Origin: a candidate division WOR-3 bacterium
GTDB taxonomy: Bacteria > Hydrothermota > Hydrothermia > JBDRYB01
DNA length: 14,634 nucleotides
Reading direction: 5' to 3'
NCBI GenBank assembly: GCA_049969615.1
Contig: JBMFOM010000047.1
Coordinates: 1 to 14,634 of the forward strand
Of this stretch, positions 8,083 to 14,634 are shown one piece after another; position 1 is the stretch's first letter; the number at the start of each line of letters is the position of its first letter. The notes under the pieces were generated by a model. That model was not told the DNA's origin and searched no databases. It worked only from the letters and a program-made list of their open reading frames with translations. The position numbers were made by a program, and so were the translations under genes.

Positions 8083-8172
8083 GTTTGCCCTTTGTCCCCA
8101 TCTGGGAGCCTCATCATAGCTAGAAGGGAACCCTCAGGAAATGCCCTCGTGGCAGGATTTTTCAGGGGTTTC
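8063..8172. mobile_element. 110-bp segment bounded by inverted repeats; candidate MITE
   Basis: ACCCCTGAAAAATCC (8066-8080) and GGATTTTTCAGGGGT (8155-8169) are perfect 15-bp inverted repeats. No credible CDS and no clear target-site duplication. Confidence 0.5.
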
Positions 8173-8229
8173 AATAGTCTATTCTCTACGCTAACCGATT
8201 CCCGGGGAGAATGGTATGTAGTTATGTCC

Positions 8230-9123
8230 TCATTCCCCGTGCGTCATCCTGTGGCGCCTGACCAGGTCCTCCCAGCTGTGCTTTATGAAGCTCTTAACAT
8301 ACTCCAGCCTTTCTGGCTCTGCGAAAAGCGGCCTGAACCTTCCCTGTAGTTTGAAGTATTCCTCGGGCGGGGCCTCCTCCTCGGGCCAATAGTTTATGGT
8401 ATATCTCTCGCCGTCCTCAACCTCGTATAGCGGAAAAATCCTCGTTTGCACCGCAAGGCGCATGGCCTTGATGGAGAGCTCTGACGGCATCTTCCAGCCC
8501 GGAGGGCACGCGGAAAAGATGTGAATGAACCTCGTCCCCTTGATGTCCCTCGCCTTCGCGAACTTCCGGAACATGTCCTCCGGGAAAGCAGGGGTCGCTG
8601 TTGCCGCATAGGGAATCCTATGCGCGGCCATGATGGCCATCATGTTCTTCTTTGGCCTGTCCTTTGGCCTCTCCTCTGGGGTTGTGGTTGTCCACGCTCC
8701 AAAAGGCGTTGAGGATGAACGCTGGATGCCTGTATTCATGTATGCCTCGTTGTCATACATGGTGTAGATTATGTCGTCGTTTCGCTCGGCGACCCCTGAG
8801 AGGGCCTGTATACCTATGTCCGCGGTCCCGCCGTCCCCGCCCCATGCCATTACCCTGGTTTCCTTGCCCTTTAGCTCTTTCGCAGCCCGGATGGAAGAAG
8901 CAACTATAGCGGCTGTTTCAAACGCGGTGTGAAACACCGGTACCTTGAGCAGGTGGGTTGGCCACGCACCATCAATTATTGACCAGCAACAAGCCGGTAG
9001 CACGATGACCGTGTCGGGGCCAAGGGCCTTGAGTGCTATCCGCATAGATAGAGAGGCCCCGCATCCCTGGCAGGCCAAGTTCCCAGGATGCAAGTGTTCA
9101 TCGGTGGGTATCTGCCACTTCAT
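8230..9123 (-). CDS. vorB: 2-oxoacid:ferredoxin oxidoreductase beta (TPP-binding) subunit, 2-ketoisovalerate (VOR)-like
   Basis: ACQGCG, PACCWSII, FHTAFET, GDGGTADIG...YDNEAYMNTGIQRS and CPPGW motifs. The PACC and HTAFET variants recall Thermococcales VorB rather than PorB; substrate is inferred. Confidence 0.88.
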   Translation of the reverse strand: MKWQIPTDEHLHPGNLACQGCGASLSMRIALKALGPDTVIVLPACCWSIIDGAWPTHLLKVPVFHTAFETAAIVASSIRAAKELKGKETRVMAWGGDGGTADIGIQALSGVAERNDDIIYTMYDNEAYMNTGIQRSSSTPFGAWTTTTPEERPKDRPKKNMMAIMAAHRIPYAATATPAFPEDMFRKFAKARDIKGTRFIHIFSACPPGWKMPSELSIKAMRLAVQTRIFPLYEVEDGERYTINYWPEEEAPPEEYFKLQGRFRPLFAEPERLEYVKSFIKHSWEDLVRRHRMTHGE

Positions 9124-10352
9124 CGGGAAACCTCCTTTGGCTGGGGTTGGAGGGGCCTTATCTCGTATTTTGTGTGGCCAGTACCTATGGGAAAACCCTT
9201 TAGTCCCGCGTAGAGGATGTCCTCTGGTTTCTCCCTCACCTTCATGTCCTCGTAGACCGAGACTATATCCTCAACCCGGACATCCCTTCCGCCTATGCCT
9301 ATTATGTAGCCATATATATCTGGACTTTTCGTTTCATGATATAGCGCGGAGCGAATCTCCTCAGAGAAGACTCCGGAATGGCCTGGACTCATATTCCTGT
9401 CCAGAACTGCAACCTTGTTCCGGCCAGACAGTGCCTCGCGAACCTCTTTGAACGGGAATGGCCTGAACGCGACCATCTTCAGGAGACCAACCTTCTCGCC
9501 TTTGTCTCTGAGCGTTTTCACCGCGAGCCGGGCATTGGAGGTCATGGATCCCATTGAGACTATGACATAATCCGCGTCATCCATCATGAACTCTTCGGTC
9601 ACGGTGTAGGGTTTCGGCCCTATGGTCTCGCCAAATTCCTGTCCGGCCTCCCTGAGGAGCTCCAAGGACCTCTCCATGTTTTTGTATATCTTGTAGCGTA
9701 TCTCGTAGTAGTGTTCCCTCGCGATGAGGCCTCCCCAGGCCCTAGGGTCAGCCGGATCCAGGTCATATATTGGCTTGTATGGGGGCAGGTAAGCGTCAAC
9801 CCTGTCCTGGTCGTGGACAAGAAGAGGCTCAAAGGTGTGTGATAGGATGAAGGCGTCTATTGCCACCATACCGGGCAAATAGACCTGTTCGCAAACCTTG
9901 TAGAGCCATATGATGAAGTCCTGGGATTCCTGGACGCTCTCAGCGAAGAGCATGAGCCAACCCACATCCCTCTGGGAGAGGAAATCCGTGTGCTCAGACC
10001 ATATTGACCAACCCGGCGCCATTGCCCTGGTAACATTTGAGAGAACAACGGGCGTTCTCGCGCCAGCGGCCCAGTGGAGCATCTCGTGCATGAGGGCGAG
10101 ACCCTGCGCGCTGGTTGCGGTGTAGGCCCGCGCGCCAGCGGCGGACGCTCCTATACACGCGGCCATCGCGGAGTGCTCGGATTCAACATTGACAAACCTG
10201 GCCTTGAGCCTGCCAGAGGCCACCAGCTCGGAGAGGAGCTCAACTATGGTGGTCTGAGGTGTTATGGGGTATGCAGATATGACCTCTGCTCGCGACAACA
10301 TCGCACCGTAGCTCGCGGCGTGGTTTCCCGTCAAAAGCTTGCGTTCGGGCAT
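9120..10352 (-). CDS. vorA: 2-oxoacid:ferredoxin oxidoreductase alpha subunit, VOR-like
   Basis: AYPITPQT, VESEHSAMAACIGAS, TATSAQGLALMHEMLHWAAGAR, FRPFP, GIGGRD. Start reassigned to ATG 10352 (MPERKLLTGN), just after the upstream stop; ATGA overlap with beta. Confidence 0.9.
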   Translation of the reverse strand: MPERKLLTGNHAASYGAMLSRAEVISAYPITPQTTIVELLSELVASGRLKARFVNVESEHSAMAACIGASAAGARAYTATSAQGLALMHEMLHWAAGARTPVVLSNVTRAMAPGWSIWSEHTDFLSQRDVGWLMLFAESVQESQDFIIWLYKVCEQVYLPGMVAIDAFILSHTFEPLLVHDQDRVDAYLPPYKPIYDLDPADPRAWGGLIAREHYYEIRYKIYKNMERSLELLREAGQEFGETIGPKPYTVTEEFMMDDADYVIVSMGSMTSNARLAVKTLRDKGEKVGLLKMVAFRPFPFKEVREALSGRNKVAVLDRNMSPGHSGVFSEEIRSALYHETKSPDIYGYIIGIGGRDVRVEDIVSVYEDMKVREKPEDILYAGLKGFPIGTGHTKYEIRPLQPQPKEVSR

Positions 10353-10353
10353 T

Positions 10354-12018
10354 TCAAAACTCCTTTTCCCGGATAAATGAAATAACATTTCCCGGGCACT
10401 CGTTGGGGCAGATGCCGCATCCCTTGCAGTATTCGTAGTCAAAGATTGGTCCCGGCCCCCACTTTATAGCGTAATCCGGACAGAAAACAAAGCATGTTCC
10501 GCACTGGTTGCAATATCCGCAGGAAAAGCACCTGTCAATCTCGGCTACGGCCTCGGCTTCCCTTATGGTTGAGGATTCCTCGGAGAATCCCTTCCTTATT
10601 CGCTCCGCGGCCGGCAGGGTTGGGCTTTCGTTTCTGGGGTTCTTCGGGAAGTAAGCGGGATTCGTGTTCTCCGGCTGAACAATAGAGTCCGGGCATTCCT
10701 TTGCCCAATCTGGCATCGGGAATTCCACACCCAGAGTGCTGTTTATTGCAAAAGCGGCCCTCCTTCCCCAAGCTATTGCCTCAACCACTGTGGCTGGCCC
10801 TGTAGCGAGGTCTCCGCCCACGAACACGGCCGGATCAGGTGTTGAACCGCACTTCTCAACCGAGAGCCAGCCATCCTCGCCCTTCATGGAATCCGGAAAC
10901 AGGGACAGGTCTGCTATCTCGCCGACCGCCTTGAAGATCGCGTCAAAATCCTCTGAGTATGTCTCTCCGGTTGGCTCTGGCCTAGCCCTCCCGGACGCGT
11001 CGGGTCTTCCGAGCCTCATCCTCTCCACGATAACCTCAAGGCCGTTACCCTTCTTCCTGACAGCTTTTGGCAAGCTGAGGATACGGAACTCCACGCCTTC
11101 CTCTTTGGCCTTCTCGTATTCTTCCCTGATCGCGGGCATCTCCGCCTCTGTTCTCCTGTAGAGTATTGTGACCTCAGCGCCCAGCCTTCTCAGGACCCTG
11201 GCAACATCCATGGCGGTGTTGCCGCCACCAACGACCGCGCACCTCTTTCCTGGAATCGGTCTCTCGCCCTTAAGGACCCTCACCAGAAATGGCAGTCCCT
11301 CGCTTACCAGTTCCTCGCCCTCGGTTCCCATCTCACGCTCAAGCCACGCGCCTGTTCCTACATAGATAGCGTCAAAGCCCTTCTTGAGATCGTCAAGAGA
11401 GAAGTCCTTTCCCAGCTCCTCACCAGTCCTAAACTCAATTCCGAGCTCCATTAGCTTCTTTATCTCCTGATCAACTATGAGGTTGGGAAGGCGGTATTCC
11501 GGTATGCCGTATCTGAGGAGTCCGCCAGCCTCTTTTTCCCTCTCAAAGACAATGACCCTATGTCCAGACCTTCGGAGGTAGTAAGCCGCGGAAAGCCCTG
11601 ATGGCCCTGACCCAACTACTGCCACACTTTTGCCGGTTTCCCTGGCTGGTTTCGGGTGAGAAAGGTCAGCGACGGCATCCCCAAGGTAACGCTCTACTGA
11701 TCTCACAGAGACAGCGCTGTCATATGCCTTGCGATTACAAGCCTCCTCGCAGAAGTGAGGGCAAACCCTTCCGGTTATCCTGGGGAACGGGTTTCTCAGG
11801 GCGAATATGTCCCTCGCCTCCTCAAACCTGCCCTCGGATAGCGCGTGGAAATACCTAGGAATGAACACACCCGCTGGGCACTCGCGCGAGCACGGCGAGG
11901 CCTTGTTCTCCAAGAGCGGCTTCATGTTTCGCCATTCGCCGGTCTTCACTATACCCAGCGTTGGCACGATGGAAACGGGCATCTCCGGATAGTTGTCTAC
12001 ATGAGATAGCTCAGGCAT
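10354..12018 (-). CDS. Fusion of the oxidoreductase delta (2x[4Fe-4S]) subunit with a GltD/DsrL-like FAD/NAD(P)H oxidoreductase
   Basis: N-terminal KTGEWRNMKP (delta motif); PCSRECP, GRVCPHFCEEAC, GSGPSG, YGIPEYRLP, GGGNTAMD, YRR, GGD (GltD-like); C-terminal CNQCGTCFVFCPD...DYEYCKGCGICPNECP (delta ferredoxin). Confidence 0.9.
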   Translation of the reverse strand: MPELSHVDNYPEMPVSIVPTLGIVKTGEWRNMKPLLENKASPCSRECPAGVFIPRYFHALSEGRFEEARDIFALRNPFPRITGRVCPHFCEEACNRKAYDSAVSVRSVERYLGDAVADLSHPKPARETGKSVAVVGSGPSGLSAAYYLRRSGHRVIVFEREKEAGGLLRYGIPEYRLPNLIVDQEIKKLMELGIEFRTGEELGKDFSLDDLKKGFDAIYVGTGAWLEREMGTEGEELVSEGLPFLVRVLKGERPIPGKRCAVVGGGNTAMDVARVLRRLGAEVTILYRRTEAEMPAIREEYEKAKEEGVEFRILSLPKAVRKKGNGLEVIVERMRLGRPDASGRARPEPTGETYSEDFDAIFKAVGEIADLSLFPDSMKGEDGWLSVEKCGSTPDPAVFVGGDLATGPATVVEAIAWGRRAAFAINSTLGVEFPMPDWAKECPDSIVQPENTNPAYFPKNPRNESPTLPAAERIRKGFSEESSTIREAEAVAEIDRCFSCGYCNQCGTCFVFCPDYAIKWGPGPIFDYEYCKGCGICPNECPGNVISFIREKEF

Positions 12019-12580
12019 TCTTTCCTCCTGTTTTGACGTTTTCGTAAGCTTCGGTTGCCGCGGCTTTGTTTTCCTCGGTCTTGGTCGGAGCCTCTTCCTC
12101 TATTGCCGTGAGCAATGACTTCAGGTTAACGAGGCCCGTGACCCGAACGAACGCGCCGAGCACGGTTGTGTTGACGACCGGTTGGGTTCTTGAACCTATG
12201 CCGTGTTTGACCGCTATATCAGATGCGTTTACCGTGGCCACCCGGTAGTCCAGGGGGACAGCCAACGAATCCGGCGGGTCGGGCGTGTTGACCACAATCC
12301 ATCCGCCTTTCTTCAAGCCAGCGATAACATTTGTTGATAGCAGGAGGGTGGGATCAAGGATTATGAGGTGGTCTGGCTCAAGTATGTCCTGACGAACGAA
12401 AAACTCATCACCCGGCTCAGCGACCCTGGTGAACGCAACAACGGGTGCGCCGCGGCGCTCAACACCATACTGGGGATAAGCCTGAACATAATGGCCCTCA
12501 ATGAAAGCGGCCTCCGCCAGAACCTTTGACGCTACCACAGCTCCCTGGCCCCCCCTTCCGTGGATCCTTATTTCAATCAT
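12011..12580 (-). CDS. 2-oxoacid:ferredoxin oxidoreductase gamma subunit
   Basis: MIEIRIHGRGGQGAV, YGVERRGAPV and VNTTVLGA motifs; overlaps the next gene by 8 nt. Confidence 0.95.
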   Translation of the reverse strand: MIEIRIHGRGGQGAVVASKVLAEAAFIEGHYVQAYPQYGVERRGAPVVAFTRVAEPGDEFFVRQDILEPDHLIILDPTLLLSTNVIAGLKKGGWIVVNTPDPPDSLAVPLDYRVATVNASDIAVKHGIGSRTQPVVNTTVLGAFVRVTGLVNLKSLLTAIEEEAPTKTEENKAAATEAYENVKTGGKNA

Positions 12581-12768
12581 GGGGAGCCCCCTTGGTTTGT
12601 TGAGGGAGTTAAGGTTCCTAAAAGCTTCCCGAAAAGGCTATCAGCCATTCTTTTGTTGGAAGACTAGGATAAGGCCAAGGCTTGTCCCGGGGCAACTAAG
12701 AGCGCGAGCATACATGCCCCGATTTTCGTGAGCCTAATGATGTCAGATCTGCTCACAGGCCGCGGGGA

Positions 12769-12794
12769 AATCTGGGGTCCATGAGAGACATGAA
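12769..12794 (+). repeat. Short dispersed repeat, copy A
   Basis: AATCTGGGGTCCATGAGAGACATGAA is 22/26 identical to 13986-14011. Confidence 0.6.
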
Positions 12795-12883
12795 CGGTTA
12801 GAACTATTGTCTCGGATCTATCCGGTCTCGTCAAATACATGATCTCGCGCTCAAGATGGGTTCAATGATCGGGGAGAGTCTCA

Positions 12884-13825
12884 TTACCCCCTGTCGCGCA
12901 GGTAGGAAAGCCCCTCCTCAAGCCGCCTTGGCCTCCAGCCCAGGGACATGAGTTTCTCGGAAAAGAGGCCCCAGTCGCCGAGCACCGTTCTTATTGAACA
13001 TGGGTTGAGGGGAGAGTTTATCCCGAATGCCTTCAGGAACATCGGACCCGGCCCTGCCAGGAATTTCAGCAGCTCTGGCCCGACCAGAACCGGCCGCTCC
13101 CTCCCAAAAAGCCGGGCCAGAATGAAACCCAGTTCGCGCGCTGACACGAGGTCCGAGACGCAGAGATAGTCTCCCGGCCCAGCGTTCTCAAGTCCTATTA
13201 TGATCCCATCAGCAGTGTCATCAACATGAACAAAAGGTAGCCGGTTATCCGATCCCACGAAAACCCTCATCCCCCTGGCGACCAGCCTGAGCAATAGGTC
13301 TATCTGCGACCCTGGGCCATAGACCACTCCCGGCATGATGCAGACGGTTTCGGGAAACTCACTTTTGATCGCAAGGAGTGCCATATATTTTGAAAGTTCG
13401 TATGGTGAGAGGAACCTCCGTGGCCTGTAGTTTATGCTGGATTCGTCGCGAACCGGTTCGGATGGGTTCCCGGTCCCGTATGCGGCAATACTCCCGACAT
13501 AAACGGATTTTCTGACCCCCACCTCCCTCGCGGCCCTGAGTATCCGTTTTGTTCCATCTACATTTACAGAGAGTATGGCGTTTTTCGGATGCGAGCCATA
13601 ATCAACTATGGCCGCGTTGTGGATCAGCGCATCGCATAGGGAGAGCGAACCCGCGAGTGCCTTTGTGTCCATTATATCCCCGTATATAATCCCAGTGTGC
13701 CCCGGCAAAACCCTCTCTTTGCCAGGGGTCCTCACCAGCGCGATTACTTCGTGTCCCCTCTCAAGGAGCTTTCTAGTCAACACCCGGCCGATGAAACCGG
13801 TTGCGCCGGTGAGCAGAACCCGCAT
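12884..13825 (-). CDS. NAD-dependent epimerase/dehydratase family protein (extended SDR)
   Basis: TGATGFIG Rossmann motif, HNAA, catalytic S...YELSK, PGVVYGPG, FVHVDD. Confidence 0.93.
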   Translation of the reverse strand: MRVLLTGATGFIGRVLTRKLLERGHEVIALVRTPGKERVLPGHTGIIYGDIMDTKALAGSLSLCDALIHNAAIVDYGSHPKNAILSVNVDGTKRILRAAREVGVRKSVYVGSIAAYGTGNPSEPVRDESSINYRPRRFLSPYELSKYMALLAIKSEFPETVCIMPGVVYGPGSQIDLLLRLVARGMRVFVGSDNRLPFVHVDDTADGIIIGLENAGPGDYLCVSDLVSARELGFILARLFGRERPVLVGPELLKFLAGPGPMFLKAFGINSPLNPCSIRTVLGDWGLFSEKLMSLGWRPRRLEEGLSYLRDRG

Positions 13826-13985
13826 GGCCGGATATTCTAGATCGGCTCATCATCCCGGCGCCATATTCGTGGAATTCGTGTGGTTAGTCCTCCCATGTCG
13901 GCCTCGTTATAACCTGGATTGAACGGCAGGTTATTAACCTTGAATTATCAAGACAGCCACCTATAACGGAACCCGGGCGCGGTTC

Positions 13986-14011
13986 AATCTGGGGTCCCTA
14001 AGAAACATAAA
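13986..14011 (+). repeat. Short dispersed repeat, copy B
   Basis: AATCTGGGGTCCCTAAGAAACATAAA is 22/26 identical to 12769-12794 and lies 7 nt before the 419-bp element. Confidence 0.6.
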
Positions 14012-14018
14012 GACTTAT

Positions 14019-14437
14019 GAGACCGCTGATAAAGTAATAATAACCTACGGGTTTGAGCCAGGAACATTTTGTCCAAGAGAACAGGGTTCTAAGAGGGGTC
14101 CCTGAAAAATCCCGCTACGGGGCATTCCCTCACCCGACGCATCTCAGCCCTCTATGGATTGAAGATGGGACATTCAGTTCCCCGTAAACACCTGTGCCAC
14201 AAGGGCCTTGCAATCGGGCCGGGTCTCTGAGCGTGAGCATCCGGGCAAGGTTTATGATGCTCATATACCCCCCCTTTGGAAGCCCTTGAGAAGGGGGTCG
14301 TCTTGGGGGAGAAGCCCCTTTACCGGGGCATACAGGCCCCCTAAGAAGGCCAGGAGAGTCGGGTGAGACTTGCAGGGGCTTTAGACTATGCCCATGAACG
14401 AAAAAAGGGTTCTAAAAGGGACTTTATCAGGGATCCC
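14019..14437. mobile_element. 419-bp non-coding element with imperfect 17-bp terminal inverted repeats; candidate MITE (repeat family copy 3)
   Basis: Left end GAGACCGCTGATAAAGT (14019-14035) versus reverse complement of the right end GGGATCCCTGATAAAGT (14421-14437): 14/17 identical. Left part is shared with 2695-2723 and 7987-8082. No ORF in the supplied track and no clear target-site duplication. Confidence 0.6.
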
Positions 14438-14452
14438 AAGGAGGTTTTTGAT

Positions 14453-14634
14453 ATGATATACTCTATACTAACAAACATGTTGTTGGCGCAGGGCCTCTTC
14501 GCGAGGACATTCGGAGGGACGAACTTTGACCGTGCCTACTCCATAACCCAGACATCTGACGGAGGCTATGCGGTAGCAGGACCGACATGGAGTTTCGGCG
14601 CCGGCAGTAATGATTTCCTTGTGCTCAAGCTCAC
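14453..14634 (+). CDS. Secreted repeat (beta-propeller-like) protein, 5' part only; runs off the window
   Basis: AAGGAGG SD at 14438-14444. Translates MIYSILTNMLLAQGLFARTFGGTNFDRAYSITQTSDGGYAVAGPTWSFGAGSNDFLVLKL, a TFGG..D...QTSDGGY..AG.T.SFGAG..D repeat unit. Missing from the ORF track because it is truncated. Confidence 0.85.
   Translation, partial: MIYSILTNMLLAQGLFARTFGGTNFDRAYSITQTSDGGYAVAGPTWSFGAGSNDFLVLKL

Noticed and set aside
10353-10442. N-terminal extension of the alpha subunit given in the ORF track
   Set aside because: It overlaps the ferredoxin domain of the upstream gene; homology begins at MPERK (10352).
10354-12018. Calling the fusion protein gltD or dsrL
   Set aside because: No gltB or dsrAB in the window; its position between gamma and alpha and its delta motifs point to an oxidoreductase subunit.
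248-13922. Numerous antisense or alternate-frame ORFs of 60-170 aa in the ORF track
   Set aside because: They are shadow ORFs overlapping well-supported genes, with no recognisable motifs of their own.
14100-14420. tRNA or known ncRNA in the hairpin-rich intergenic region
   Set aside because: No cloverleaf, T-loop consensus or family signature recognised by eye; kept only as an unassigned structured element.
2695-14437. Repeats as a CRISPR array
   Set aside because: Copies are kilobases apart and degenerate, with no regular spacers and no cas genes.

Overview
Bacterial window, probably from an anaerobic FCB-group organism such as candidate division WOR-3. This is inferred from a T9SS-type C-terminal sorting domain and a TFGG...QTSDGGY repeat protein. 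Left to right: (1) a minus-strand, overlapping three-gene unit (PhaR-like DNA-binding protein, radical SAM/SPASM enzyme, polytopic membrane protein) with a perfect 17-bp palindrome on the first start codon; (2) a secreted Ig-like/T9SS-CTD protein converging on a lone MoxR AAA+ ATPase; (3) a four-gene oxidative-stress operon (ferritin-like, rubrerythrin, 1Fe superoxide reductase, DsrE-like) with promoter and intrinsic terminator; (4) a frameshifted secreted zinc-ribbon gene; (5) a Thermococcales VOR-like 2-oxoacid oxidoreductase operon whose delta subunit appears interrupted by a GltD/DsrL-like FAD/NAD(P)H module; (6) an extended SDR; (7) the start of a repeat-propeller protein. Three intergenic regions carry copies of an unannotated dispersed repeat family with terminal-inverted-repeat-like ends (MITE-like). 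Several operon-leading genes look leaderless. No rRNA, tRNA, CRISPR array or transposase was recognised. All family assignments come from motif recognition by eye, not database searches.
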